The position numbers were made by a program, and so were the translations under genes. A DNA stretch of 56,418 bases, filler included, from Sphacelaria rigidula (taxonomy: Eukaryota), in NCBI GenBank assembly GCA_964200075.2. It is 5 parts of 5 records of this genome, joined end to end, with 100 filler letters (N's around TTAATTAATTAA, not from the genome) between each part and the next. Parts side by side here need not be neighbours in the genome. Positions count along the whole stretch, not along the records: positions 1 to 11,206 come from CAXNAA020005240.1; positions 11,307 to 22,511 come from CAXNAA020005241.1; 3 more parts are not named here. One strand, written 5' to 3'. The first letter of the stretch is position 1, and each line of letters opens with the position of its first letter. Below, in pieces: positions 10,311 to 22,611 of this stretch. The notes under the pieces are model-generated. The model saw only the letters and a list, made by a program, of their open reading frames with translations, was not told the origin of the DNA and ran no database searches.

Positions 10311-10556
10311 TTAGTCGAAATTGGCGGACTCTGTGGTCGGCCCATTGGCCCCTTGGACAATCTGCTCAACCTTCAGCTCGGCGGATTTCAGACGGGATTC
10401 GCAGTGCGCTTTCAGCGCCGCGCCGCGTTCATAAATCGCGATGGATTTCTCCAGCTCGACTTCGCCTGCTTCCAGTTGGCGGACGATGATTTCGAGTTCG
10501 GCCAATGCCTCCTCGAAGGTAAGCTTGTCGACTGGTTTCTCTTTCGCATCAGCCAT
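10311..10556 (-). CDS. xseB: Exodeoxyribonuclease VII small subunit
   Basis: LTFEEALAELEIIVRQLE...LEKSIAIYERG..LK.HC...L..AE; canonical position upstream of ispA. Confidence 0.95.
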   Translation of the reverse strand: MADAKEKPVDKLTFEEALAELEIIVRQLEAGEVELEKSIAIYERGAALKAHCESRLKSAELKVEQIVQGANGPTTESANFD

Positions 10557-10634
10557 TCTTCGGCCTCATCTTCCTTGAAATTTCCGTGACACTAGAGCGG
10601 CGACCTGAGGTCCACAACCACTTCCCGACCAGAT

Positions 10635-11204
10635 TTACCGGTATTCGTAGATGCGGTAGCTCCAATATGCGTCGCCGCCGTCATACGAACACTTCCAGCC
10701 CAGCTTCTTCATTTCCGGACGCAGCATTCGATTGAACCAGCCATGGGCCGCCAGATAGACCTTGCCCTCACTGGACGCCTCGTCGAGCTTAGACGCGGCG
10801 GCAGCGGCGCGCTGACGCGCCTGCTTCACGCTTTCGCCATCCAGCGCATGTCCGTTCAGCCAAGCAGCACGGGCGAGAATATTCCACGTTTTCGGCAGAT
10901 AACGCACACCCGGCAGAAGGGGAGGAGGCAATGGCGCCTCATTAAATACCGGGTCAAACAGTGCCTGCATGTGCGGCGCCGCACGTGCAGCGGTCTGCTG
11001 GGCACGCAGGCGCGCAGAAGCAAATACAATGTCAGCATCGGCCACCGATTTGACCAGGCCGTCCGGCGGCGTCTGGTCATCGGCCAGAGGGCCAATCTCG
11101 TAACGTTCCCACCAGTCGCGATACTGTTTCCAGTTCAGTCGCGGGCCCGCCGTGCGGTCGAGGGCCGGGCGACCGTGACGCGAAATGATGATGGGACCGC
11201 GCTT
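10635..11204 (-). CDS. Histidine phosphatase (phosphoglycerate mutase-like) family protein, 5'-truncated
   Basis: Frame stays open upstream of the ORF-track start (11045) to the scaffold end, giving KRGPIIISRHGRP; downstream S..LRAQQTA, NEAPLP, AHGWFNR. Confidence 0.85.
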   Translation of the reverse strand, partial: KRGPIIISRHGRPALDRTAGPRLNWKQYRDWWERYEIGPLADDQTPPDGLVKSVADADIVFASARLRAQQTAARAAPHMQALFDPVFNEAPLPPPLLPGVRYLPKTWNILARAAWLNGHALDGESVKQARQRAAAAASKLDEASSEGKVYLAAHGWFNRMLRPEMKKLGWKCSYDGGDAYWSYRIYEYR

Positions 11205-11206
11205 CC

Positions 11207-11306
11207 NNNNNNNNNNNNNNNNNNNNNNNNNNNNNNNNNNNNNNNNNNNNTTAATTAATTAANNNNNNNNNNNNNNNNNNNNNNNNNNNNNNNNNNNNNN
11301 NNNNNN
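11207..11306. other. Artificial scaffold linker
   Basis: N44-TTAATTAATTAA-N44, with stops in all six frames. Confidence 0.98.
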
Positions 11307-11370
11307 GAAAGCCTCACTGTTACCAGCGGGCCAGTACCGTGTTAGCGTGCATGATCCATTGGTTCTGTAC

Positions 11371-11435
11371 GCACTCATTTGTTGCCTGCCTTAGTCGTTT
11401 GACCATTGACCACGCATCCCTTTCGAGACGGAGCA
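11371..11435 (-). mobile_element. ~70-nt mini-copy of LINE 3' module (family A)
   Basis: Reverse complement of TGCTCCGTCTCGAAAGGGATGCGTGGTCAATGGTC...CAACAAATGAGT; matches the end of the LINE remnant at 41478-41862. Confidence 0.75.
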
Positions 11436-11448
11436 TATATATATGTAC

Positions 11449-11570
11449 CGGAGGGGGGGGGGGAGGGGGGGGTCATCATTTTCTTGCGTGCCATCGTCAT
11501 ATGACCATTGGCCTCGCATCGCTACAAAGCCGGGACGGAGTATAAGGGGTTTTCGCTGAACCAGGCTCGC
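11449..11570 (-). mobile_element. 3' fragment of non-autonomous retroelement family B with G-run (poly-C on element strand)
   Basis: G-run followed by ...GACCATTGGCCTCGCATCGCTACAAAGCCGGGACGGAG..., homologous to other family B copies. Confidence 0.7.
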
Positions 11571-12016
11571 GGAAGGGGCAGGGGAGGTTTGTTGTCACAC
11601 TTAACCATACCGGAATGTGTATTAAACATTCCGGTGTGGTCCGACAGGTTATTAAGCCCTGTTTCCAACACTCCGGTGTGGTTTGGAGGGTTACTAACCG
11701 ATGAACTACCTCTTCTATTTTTGCTCCTGCAAATACCCTAATTTTAGGCGGCATACCCTATAGAACACAACCTTACAAATTTCTACATCGTACCTACGTT
11801 GATGCTCTCGACTTTTACCTTGTGTTCGTATGTTCTCCACAGGAGCACATCTTCGCATCCCGACCTCCCCCCTCACCCGCCACGCCAGACCGCCGCTCGC
11901 CGCGTCGCGTATGACGGTGGAGCGTGTTGTGNNNNNNNNNNAAAGATATATCTTCACTCCCCATCACCCTAAAATAGTAGGAGAAAAGTTTTTCTCCCAC
12001 CCCCCCCCCCCCCCCC

Positions 12017-12450
12017 CATGGTGAGACATCCATGAGGCAGTGTATAAGATATGGTTGTCGCTGGAAGTGGCGATACCAGACGATAAAGCAACTTATTGTA
12101 GGCTGTCATCCAAATGCAAGATAATCAGTACGCTTCGGACCGAACAATCTTTGCAGGATGCAGCTCAGCCTTCATACAGTACGACTCGCCGAACACACCA
12201 CGGCGCTTCGCGCTTGGTGATTGAGTGCGAGCCTGGCCCAGCGAAAACCCGGCGTGCTTCGTCCCGGCTTTGTAGGGACGCGAGGTCAATGGTCTTATGA
12301 CTGTGGCATGCATGATTATGAGTGCACCCCCGCCTCACCTCCGGTCCGGCGAAAACCCGGCGTGCTCCGTCCCGACTATGCAGGGATGCGAGATCAATGG
12401 TCTTATGACTACGGCATGCATGATCATGAGTACCCCGCGCCCTCCCTCCT
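12017..12450 (+). mobile_element. Family B copy plus a second tandem 3' tail
   Basis: Body GGAAGTGGCGATACCAG...CAGTACGCTTCGGACCGAACAATC; tail ...CATGATTATGAGTGCACCCCC, repeated at ~12341-12450; preceded by a long C-run. Confidence 0.8.
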
Positions 12451-13550
12451 GGCTCCCATCGCAGATCTACCCCGCTATAGGGAGTCGCCTATGGGGTCTA
12501 AGCCGAATGTTTCTGCATCATGTAGAACATATAACTCGTAGATTTTCCACACATGAGCTCCATTTTCATGGGCCATAGTTCCCGTGAACAAGCAAGTTTG
12601 CACATGAGTTGCATTGGGCGCTCTTTTTTATTTTAAGCCTTTGGGGACCCACTGACTATTTTTGTCTTTGTGAACCGGCACCATTTTGACTCAAAAGTTA
12701 CTAAAAATGATGCCGATTCACAAGAACAAAAATCGTCAATGGGTTCCAAGACGATTTAAAGCGGCCCGGACGTGTAGTGAATCATGGAGGAGGCGTGGTC
12801 GATCTCTCTCAAGGAATCCTTGGATACCGGAGCTCAACACGACCCGACCTTCCGGCCGTTTGTGCTTGGCGCTTGTTGTTTAGGCTACACCTATTTCGTG
12901 ACCAGCAATAATGGCCCTGTGGCGGCGGTTGCCTTAGCGCCCGTTCGCCAGCGGATCTACCCGAGCCCTACACTTTGATTAGTTGGAACGCTAACATGTT
13001 CTGGAGGGCAGATCACCAACGGTTTTGGTTCTCGAAGGATAGAGCTAGTGCGTCACGGGCTGTACAAATGCCCCCCGGTGGGTCTTGTTTGGCACAAGCA
13101 GCGTGCAGAGTGCGATGTCGGGATATGTGGGGTCGAGCCGTATGACAAAGCATCGCTCTGTCCGTGCCAGAGTGAGTGATCCGACGAGAACACAAGGTAA
13201 CCTTCGGGAAAGCATCGCCGTGTCAGATGTCGTCGCATCTCGAGCATGTTATTCATGGGGTTGTACAAATGCTCACTGCCTTTTGTGGCACGGTCAGCCC
13301 GCTGTATCGCGAGATGTGGGGGCTTGACCATGTCGCAAGGAATACGGCACTGTACGTGCTAGAGTGGATGGACTGAGTAGGAAAAAGCTGGGAAATTCTG
13401 GAGGGCACCACCGTATCAGGTTCTCACGTCATGCCTCGTTAATTATTTTTTTTTCTCGTTTCTTGATGCTTGCTCTCTCGTCCTCTATTTTGTTTGCTCC
13501 TTGTGCCCTTGTTGTTCGCTTCTGACCCCACACGTCGATTCGCTGTACAG

Positions 13551-15054
13551 GCCCATCGTGATGGAGTTAGTCTGCCGCGATAGCGAGTTCCATCTGCCGG
13601 AGTGCTCCGATCCTCGCGAAGGTCGGACCGACGCTCTCGTGTTCGAGGTATACAGCAGTATCGTCACATGTTCAGTTATAGCCCTTTGTAGAACGGGAGA
13701 GAGGGTGTTAACCCTGTTCAGCATTGGAGATTCGCCGCTAGTCCCAACAACGACCATCAGACCGTACTTCGTTAGCCCTGTGGTAACTAACCATTTCGTG
13801 TTTACCAGGGTTGTCGGTTCCTCCCCGCGCAAGAATAAAATAGGTAAATCGTCCGCACGCCCAGTGTACGACATAGAACTAGATAACATCACGACAACGC
13901 CCGTGTCTGTGGGAATAATCTGGCGCAATTGAGTTTTCCGGAACTCCACATTAGGGTGCAGGTATACCCGTGGTGATTTTGCGCGATGGACGAACGTCGT
14001 GACATAGTCGCAGCTGTTTCGGTCGAAAGTACTGACGCCGTACATGGTTCACTGCGATAGTTGATTTTATGCTGCTGTTCATCTAGGACAGTCCTTCTGT
14101 TTGCATGCTGCCCAGGGCCTGTTGAAATTGTATCTGTTTTGGATGTGAGGAGCTGACGTCAATATGACGGGCGCAAGAAAACTGAGCGGCTTGCCACCCT
14201 AGAATCGCTCTTCTCACATGAATAACGAACGAGAAGAGCACTCAACATGGACCGGAGCACGTCTAGAGCCTGTATGATGGTTCCAACCTTCGGTGCCCAA
14301 AGGATTCAAGTGTGTGTCCTGTGCCTGTTTTTGTGTGGATTATCCGACAATCAATTCCGTGCAATATATCCTGTACTTTGCTGAGCACGCTGCAAGGTCT
14401 ACTCGCTGCGCTTACTTTGACGGCAAAATAGTTTACCGCCAAAACCGTGTTCCCCAATGATGCAGATCCCCCTCACGCAAATGAACCTTTAATCCAAACT
14501 CACTGGGGGGCTATGGGCACGTCTCGCATAGTTTCCTGTCTACCCGCGGTGAATATTGTGGTGCGATTCTGTCGTTAGGGTATGCTTTGTCTACCAATGC
14601 TCCCCCTCTCCATTCCTCTTCGTTCACCAACATATACCCTCCGCACCGTCCCCTTCGCCGTCCGCCACCCCGTTACACCGGTCTTCTCTGCTCTGTCTTC
14701 CTGTCCTGTATGTCCTGCAGATTCCGCGCTTGTGCATGTTCCGTCCCCCCGTGCGTAGATGCCTTCCCACCTCCAGGAAATCGTCGGATTCTGCAGAAAA
14801 AGCCGAAACAGACGGCAAGTCCGCGGCAGGGGCAGCGACCAGTGAACGACCTGCGTCTTCTGACGAAAAGGCATCGGAAACGGCAAGGGGAAAGGTCAAG
14901 AAGAACGGCAAGATAGGGAGGGGAAGATCAATGGGAGTGGGGTTGGGGCAGGGTGGGCGAGGTGGAGAGGCAACCGGGTGGGAGGAGGGCGAACCTACGG
15001 ATTTTGTTTACACCGGACTGTTTCCTCACGAGGTGTGTTCCGTGTGTGCTTCTG

Positions 15055-15086
<32 letters not shown>

Positions 15087-17709
15087 CGCACTTCAAACTG
15101 ACCCCCTAGGGGTCCAGCCGTGCTGTGTGAACGTTTAATCCGGAAAAGCGTAATCTTAGCCTGTGGTGGTGGTGGTAGTAGTGGTGGTAGTAGTAGTGGT
15201 AGTACAGACGTAGGCTCGCCTTCAGTACCGTCACCACTGTTCCTTACACCTGCTTGGTTGTTGTCTTGGTTGTCACCTGGGAGGGAGAGGCTCTGTGTGG
15301 TCCTTGCACACACAGGTCATCGTCAAATAAACGTACTCTAGTACGTATCACGACGGAGCTGGCAGTTGAAATACTGCGTCACAGTTTTCCCCGTCCATGT
15401 CGTACGTAGTAGTCGTTGTGGTATTGTAGTAATAGTAGTAGTACGAGTACGAGTACTAGTACTAGTAGTACAGACGTAGGCTCGCCTTTCCAGTACCGTC
15501 ACCACTATTCCTCACATCTGCTTAGTTGTTGTCTTGGTTGTCACCCGAGGGGGAGGGACTTTGTGTGGTTGCTGCACAACAGATCACCGTAGAATAAACG
15601 TACTCTAGTACGTATCACGACGGAGCTGGCAGTTGAAATACTGCGTCACAGTTTTTCCCGTTCATGTCGTACGCTTTTTTTCATGTGTACATTGACCATG
15701 TCCCGTTCACGTTACAGAGTACGACGAGCTTTTGACGAACACTCACCGCTGTAGTACTACCGACTCCCGGACGACGCCAGATCGACTCTTCGAGTGGGTG
15801 TCCGATGAAGGCCACAACCCCCCGCGATGATACTGAGCTTTTCGCCTATTTACAGCGCTGCTTTTTTTTTGGGCTACTCCCCTTCATTCAGTCGCTCATG
15901 ATTTCACCACAACCGTTCTCCAGGTGAAAGGCGGGGCGGAAGAGCAAGAAGAGCTTCTGCTGTTCGAAGACGAGGGTACCGACGGCGGTCAGGTAGGAAG
16001 GAAGCGAGTTGGCGCTTCAGGCGGGTCCGTTTGTGAACCCCAGTTTGCAGGCCAATACACCCTCGAACAGGAACAGAGAAGATTTGCACCCTCAATTTCC
16101 CTCATCAAGAAGAGAAAGAGAAACATAACTGCACTACCTGAAGAGTATTTTATGGAGAAACCCAAGGATCGGGCGAATGAATGATTGGTCTGGATATTAC
16201 TTGATTTCAGCGTAATTGATTTTATACCGTACGAATCAATCCTCAGGCTTCGTTTTCAGCGTGCATGCTAGGTACGCGCAGCCCAGGCACGTGGAATGAC
16301 GCAAAAATTACGTAACGACCTTTTTGACCAGCGGTTAGTTTTTTTTCTTCTTTCGAGAAATCAGGCTTGAAAAATCGTGGATTTGGTGATTCGAACCGGC
16401 GATGATTCGTCCGAACCGTGGAGAAATCTCTGTGGGGTGTGGCCGGCAACTCAGGTATCGGTGTATTTGTCACCGAAAATTTCGAGAAAGTTCCAAGCTT
16501 GAACGTATCATCATGAGCCATTTTTTTTTTTCACCGTCCCCCTTTTGACTCCTCCCTTTCCTCGGGACGAATCCGTGGTATCAAGGGGATCAACCGATCT
16601 CTCCCCTGGCACACACCTTGCATTTTGGTCTCGCCCGTTGGATGATGACTAATACTCCCGCACCGCATCGACTTTCGCCAAACTAACTCAGTCAACTCTT
16701 GTTACTACTCCCGTCCTGACGCTTCCAAGGACGGGAATCAGATATTTCCTTGAAACATGCCAAACGAGACATATTTTGGCGGGAATCAAACCCGCGTTTT
16801 TCCCACCCTAATTGTGTCCGTTGTACTATTGGACCATCGGGGCGCGGCGTGATGTGCTGTGAACTGCGGTCCCAAATGCACAAAAACATCTTGCACGGAC
16901 CGTTCGGACGAATAGATCACAACCATCCATATCTATCCGACCCGGTCCGGTGTATGTACGAGGAATCCTACCGGGTCCGGATCGTTCTCGTGTTTTGTTT
17001 ACTCATGGTCTGAACGTCCTCGGATCCGTAGCACGCGTTGGGCCAGTGGTCATCCGCAGGGATCCGGACAGATATCATGTATTTGTTCGGTAGTGATCCA
17101 TGGAGGTTAGAATCGGTTCCGTCGGTGCGGATTCCTTGTTATTCATTCAGCGCACGGTGATGAGAGCACACCGAACCAATATTAGGGGCAGTATGATCTA
17201 CTGGTCCTCGCGAGGTTGAACGTGCAGTATGCGGCGGATGGCGTCATCTTCATATCGAACGACCTACGTACTCTTCATCTCTTCCGCTCACCAATGTTTT
17301 TTTTTATACGAGGAGGAAACGGTCGGGTTTCCAGGGGGGCATAGGATAATACAAGAGCTTCATCAATGGCATGCTTTTTCTACTCTCTCTCTCCTTCTTT
17401 TTGTCAGCAGCCTTGATAGCGGATAAATACACAACATGAAACTTGTTTTTTGTTGCGGTATGATGAAGAAAACTCCTGATCTTCTGCAGACCCAGGGTGA
17501 AAGAGAGAGGAAGGAAGGTGGTCCTCGGAACTCTCGTGTTCATTCCTCATCCTGTCAAAAGATTTCGGAAGCAAGCCAGACCCTCGATCATCTACGCCAG
17601 AGTGGTAGTGACATATTCGCGTGGTTGCTGTTCCCATCTCTCCATTCGCTCACTACACCAACATCGAAATCCACCTGTGCGCTGTACGCCACCTTACGGG
17701 GCCAAAACT

Positions 17710-17752
<43 letters not shown>

Positions 17753-20700
17753 GGTGCGCGCGCGCGTATTGATTTGTCGTTCCCTTTGTCTGTGCAACAC
17801 GGGAACAACACCGCTTACGCGCCTTTACAGGCACTGGAGCTTTTGGTGGCCCGCGAACAAGAACTTTTGTCGCAGGCAGAGAATGAGTGTAGAGAGGAAG
17901 AGGTGACTCGGAACAAGCTGGCCGATGCAGAGGAGGCGCTACTCATGGCAGAAAAACGCCAGCGCTCCCTCAGCGCTGTGACCGGCACGATGGCCAGCCC
18001 TACTGCAGGATTTGTCCGCGGGGGCGGGCGAGAGATTTCTGCTGAAGATGATGCGGTGACTGACGCAGCACGGGAAAGTAGCCACGACACCGAGTTATTG
18101 GAGGCTGCGATGGAAGTGGTTAAGCAGGTGAGCTTCTCGGAACCGATCGTGAGTAGGGCGGGTGCGAGGGAATGTCATTTTCCAACTGCGTGCTCACGTG
18201 CGGATGATCCCTGTGCCTTCTTTTAAATATCAAGCTTAAAGCCTACCTGTTGATGATACCCTTTCCCGGACTTCCATGTTTCCGATATTGATATTCGCCC
18301 TCTGTTCCTCTTGCTTCTCCCAATTTCCCACGCAGATACTGGTTTTGTAGGGTGACCTAACTGAGAGATCGAAACGAAGCTATCTCTTGATTTTGTTTCC
18401 CGGTGTTGATGTACCTTTTTTTCATCCCCGCTTTTTTCTGTGTGGGGGGGTGTTTCGTCGTTTTTTCAGGTGAACCGCGTGGGTGACTTGAAGCTATCCC
18501 TCGAGGAGCAAAATCGGGCCCTAAGCGTGACGCGCTCGCAACTGGCCGCCGTACGAAGAGAGGCGAGGGTGGAAAGCACGGCTCAGGAGGAGAAACGCCG
18601 CTTCGAAGCTCATCGACCCAGCAGGTACTACGGCGGCGAGCGCGGCGCTGCCGTGTTGATGTTGAATTATTCGATTTCGAGCGCGCGCCATACACTTTCC
18701 TCCAACAGGTTTTGTTGCTTTTACAGGGACACGAACCTGTGAACGTCCACACGGGTATCTGAGGAACATCCAGACCGGTCTTGCTGTTCCTCAGTCTGTT
18801 GGAGGTTCAGAGCACAAGCACAAGCACTGAAGCGGAGAGGCACAGGCCGCGGATATAATGGGATACTTTTCGATATTTCTCTTCTATTCACTTGATGCCT
18901 CTCTCTCTCATTGTATTTATTTAGTTTTTTTTCTTTTTTGAGTCTCAGAAGAAATGATGAGAACCCCATCTTTTACAAGGAATAGTAGGAACGGTATTGG
19001 GAAAGACGAGCCTGCGTCTGTGAGCACGAGTCCGAGAGATCAGGTTTATGTGCGGAAATTACAATGAAAATAATACTTCAAAAAGACACCAGTCTTCGCA
19101 ACATTAAACTACAGTACCCCTTGTACTTGCCGCACCCTTTTCGTTGCTGTAACCCCGTTCTACCGGCTTACACCCCTGCCTCCTCCGTATGCGCAGAGTT
19201 CCGCCTGCACCGTGGCGGTTTGACATGGTGGCCGGCGGGGTAAACATCCGATCCTACCGCTCCGCGAACATGGTAGCCGAAGATGTAAGTAACCCCATGT
19301 TTCCTGTGAACAAGGTTGGAGATCGCAGTTGTGGTGCTGCGAAACTTTACGCACGTCGGACAGCAGATGAGCTACCTGGTTATTACGTCGTAGTAGAGTA
19401 GTGATCTAGCTCATGAGCTAGCTGATTTGATCCCTTTTCCCACATTTAATCCCCACAGCGTTGGACGCCGAGCACAAGGAGTAGCGCAGAGGTGGAGCTT
19501 CGACTTCTCGGACCTCGTTGTCACGTATTTTGCAGGAAGGGATACGTGACACGTGACGATTAACGTGACACATTCGAAAACATGCAACTTTGGATCATTT
19601 AACGCTACGTAAGATTTGATTTTTCGTATGGGACATTTGTAAGGTAACGTGATGTAACGTGTGGTCCTTTGCATGATCCCTAACATTGCAGTCTACTTTC
19701 CAAATGTGACGAAAACTCTGCGTGTTTCCGTGAATATGTCACGTGTCACGTGTCACGGCAAAAATCACACACACAGCCCTTTTTTACATCTGGAAAACAC
19801 CAAGAGACACTGCTTCAAGGTCCACATGTTACATCACGTTACGTTGCATTTGTCCCGTCCAATAATTCAAACCTCACGTAGCGTTAAATGATCCAAAGTT
19901 ACGTTTTTCCCGTATTTTTCAAATGTGTCACGTGTGTTACGTATCCCTCCCTGATATTTTGCGCTCTTTGACAGGGAATCTGAGAGTCCTCTTCGATTAG
20001 TTATGTTGGGTAGCTCATGAGCTGTCAGACGTGTGGAAACCTGGTTGTGAGAAACAAATCGATCGACTCGGCTCGGTGGTTCGGCTAGGGAATCCGTCGG
20101 AGATTCTTTTAGCGCAACGGCGACAGGCCACTCAGTTTCCAACCTAGTTTGGTATTTGTTCATGTCCTTCGCGGTATATGATGGCGTTTTGCGTGAGAGA
20201 AGGAGCAAACCGACAATGTGTTGATCAGCACCCTGCTCGCTTTCAAAAGGCGGTGTCACCGATGGTGAACGCGGTAAACTGGCGTGTATCATAGCAACGG
20301 CCTCCAACAAGGCAGCCTCCTTCTTGTACATGGACAAGCGACAGATTCACGTCCTCCGTGCTCTCTCACACAGAATGTTTCGAGAAGAGAGAGCAAACAC
20401 GCAGTCGTGGTGATCACCATCCTGCTCGCTTTCAAAAGGCGGTTTCACCGATCGTATCGTGTGTGTTGTCTTCCCATCTATTCTGGAGACCACTCTACAC
20501 CTTCCGGTATATGTGAGCACATATAGCCGGGGTCACACAAGGGGAAGGCCAACACAGAAGTTTTTTTTTTGGTTCAGTACTCCATCTTCCTTCTGCGGTG
20601 CTCGCCTACTTTTTAATTGCGAGAGGGCTTCAGCGGTCCCTTTTCCTTGTCGACCGTGAAGTCCAATTTTGTGTACATACGACTCAGTCGCTCTCCACCG

Positions 20701-21763
20701 TTGTGAGCATGGTATGAGAAAAAGTCGCAGATCGTGTGACTTCACCGAGGTTAGAACCCACGACCCAACCGTCAGAAGGATTCGAGGTTATCAACTGAGC
20801 CACCGGGGTGACCGGCCCAGCGAAGGGGATGAAACCGTCTCACATGACGGCAAAACCTTGCAGGATGATGGTGGCGTTCTGGCTGATGAACAGCCGACAC
20901 TCCCTGCCGCTGCCTTCTATATCCGGTGCTCTCCGCCTGCGATACTCTCTTCTTGTCCCATCGACGTTTTAGGTATCCCTGCGTGCATGGATCGTGATCC
21001 CGAACACCTTGCGGCCGTGGTGCGGAGGAGGAAGCGCGGAAGATTCGGGGATGTACCCGGAAGTTTGGGATGCGCTGGGCTTCCTCCCTTCAAGGGACCC
21101 CATGTTTGTCAGGGTAAGGAAGTGTGAATACTCCACAGTGTTGTGAGGGTAAGGAACGCGGTGTGGGCAGAGGACAATAGCGACCGATAAACCGTTGTTT
21201 CAGGGTCAAAACGTTACTCTGGTGCAAGGGCAGGAGCAGAGGGAGCAACAGTTTTCTCGCTCATTTTTGCTGAATCGTGAGTTGAACGAGTCCCGTGAGA
21301 TTCGCTGGTGCATCAGCTGGGAGGAAGTATTCGTTAAAGTTATCCCTGTGGTGAGAGCTAGGGGTGTAGCAGCAGTACGTGACAGTGAACACCTTGAAAA
21401 TCGCTTTTGGACGTAAAAAACGTCTGAAGGGTGAGAGACGGCAGAACAGCATACTGTCTCTGTTTTGTTTTCGTTCACCTTGTCTCCTCGCCTCCCCGCC
21501 CCCCGCCCGCCTCCCCCTCCTCTCCCCCCTCCCCCCTCCCCCGGCCACGCGAATCGCAGGAAACGCTTGACGTTACCCTCTTGATAGATCGCCTGGACGC
21601 TACCCTGACAAGAGCCCAGTATTCGTCGATACTGGCGATTATCATGGACAATTTTCCGGAGCCGTGGTCAGTGTGCCCGCCGGTGATCGAGTGGCCAATT
21701 CCTGACCCGGATGTGACGAAGGGTGTGTGCAGGGACCCTTTGAAAGGTCGCCATACGGCACAG
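13551..21763 (+). CDS. Internal part of a spliced gene, VPS13/repeating-beta-groove lipid-transfer-like protein
   Basis: Phase-consistent AG/GT exons: 13551-13647, 14721-15032, 15924-15992, 17831-18127, 18470-18624, 19197-19284, 20973-21113, 21560-21763. Peptide ...NMVAED|VSLRAWIVIP...|ETLDVTLLIDRLDATLTRAQYSSILAIIMDNFPE resembles the VPS13 'L.L...QY..I..I...N..E' repeat. Gene is incomplete at both ends. Confidence 0.6.
15162..15673 (-). repeat. Tandem pair of ~205-bp repeats, each abutting a (GTA)n/(TAC)n microsatellite; probable retroposon 3' ends
   Basis: 15200-15406 and 15466-15673 are near-identical (TACAGACGTAGGCTCGCC...CATGTCGTACG); a related start occurs at ~37890. Confidence 0.75.
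16580..16848 (-). mobile_element. tRNA-headed SINE-like element (family S2)
   Basis: Shares TACTCCCGCACCG.../TTACTACTC and GGCGGGAATC(A/G)AAC (reverse B-box-like) with 35378-35601. Confidence 0.5.
17712..17749. repeat. (GT)n microsatellite
   Basis: Direct inspection. Confidence 0.95.
19408..20023. repeat. Putative non-autonomous TIR element rich in CACGT/GTGAC/GTTACG motifs
   Basis: Palindrome AGCTCATGAGCT at 19408-19419 and 20012-20023 bounds a region dense in ACGT-core motifs; no TSD seen. Confidence 0.4.
20461..20815 (-). mobile_element. tRNA-derived SINE (family S1)
   Basis: Minus strand starts CCCCGGTGGCTCAGTTGA (A box)...GGGTTCTAACC (B box) and ends AATAGATGGGAAGACAACACAC; homologous to 36187-36545 and 42511-42700. 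Confidence 0.75.
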
Positions 21764-21824
21764 GTATTCAACTACCGGGCTGGCATACGCGGGTTCTAAC
21801 CAACAGCTTTCAGGGCAAAAACGT

Positions 21825-22389
21825 CCAAGGTTGTGTTCTGTAGGGTATGGTTCTCTGTATCCCAGGGGTATTTCTGTGACTTCTACAAAACTTTCGCACC
21901 GGTACCCGACAGTTCTGTGATCTCTGTAAGACTTTCATACCCTTGCCAGATAGTTCTGTAATCTCTGTAAGACTGCCGTACCGTTACCGGGGGGCACGGG
22001 TACTCTCTTGACTAGATGCCCGACTGCGGGTACGGTTTTCTGTGCAACCTCCATACTCTGCCCGACAGATTCTGTGTGCTCTGTAAGCCTCCCATGCCCT
22101 TACCCGACAGTTCTGTGCGTTCTGTGCGTTCTGTGCGTTCTGTGCAGAAAGTTTACCAGTATCCGGAGCGCGGGTATGCTTTTGACGAAATACCCAGTTG
22201 GCGGTACGGTTTTCCTGCAAGCCCCCGTACCATACCCGACAAGTTCTTTAATTCCTGTAAGACTTTCATCCAGTACCGAAACCCGACAGTTCTGTGAGCT
22301 CTGTAAGCCTCCCATACCCCCACCGGGGGATAGGGTATACCGTTTTAGATATACCCGATTGCAGGTATGAACACAGGTACATACCTTGG
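21825..22389. repeat. Degenerate minisatellite block (CCCGACAGTTCTGTG..CTCTGTAAGAC..TACCC) bounded by CCAAGGT/ACCTTGG
   Basis: Many imperfect copies of the TTCTGT/TACCC motifs; 7-bp terminal inverted repeat. Confidence 0.6.
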
Positions 22390-22429
22390 GGAGGTACCAA
22401 GGGTCGGTCGATAGTAAAGTTTCGGAAAC

Positions 22430-22511
22430 CCATGAGGCAGTATATAAGCGGTGGCTGTCTCCGGAAGTGGCGATACCAGAAAATAAAGCAACTCATCGCA
22501 GGCTGTCATCC
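22430..22511 (+). mobile_element. Family B fragment at scaffold end
   Basis: CATGAGGCAGT...GGAAGTGGCGATACCAGAAAAT...GGCTGTCATCC. Confidence 0.75.
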
Positions 22512-22611
22512 NNNNNNNNNNNNNNNNNNNNNNNNNNNNNNNNNNNNNNNNNNNNTTAATTAATTAANNNNNNNNNNNNNNNNNNNNNNNNNNNNNNNNN
22601 NNNNNNNNNNN
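22512..22611. other. Artificial scaffold linker
   Basis: N44-TTAATTAATTAA-N44. Confidence 0.98.

Larger units (their letters stand above)
1..11206. other. Bacterial scaffold (Alphaproteobacteria, Hyphomonadaceae/Caulobacterales-like)
   Basis: Intronless, GC-rich, tightly packed ORFs with SD motifs and operon overlaps; xseB-ispA-dxs order; short KFSTS-type MetRS. Family assignment is from recalled similarity only. Confidence 0.85.

Noticed and set aside
11207..11306. Bacterial-eukaryote junction as horizontal gene transfer
   Set aside because: The junction is an artificial linker between size-sorted scaffolds.
13485..14045. 186-aa minus-strand ORF
   Set aside because: No recognisable motif; overlaps a well-defined plus-strand exon and its intron.
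20740..20815. tRNA genes here and at ~36470-36545
   Set aside because: A/B boxes are present but no convincing cloverleaf, and both are attached to a shared repeat body; interpreted as SINE heads.
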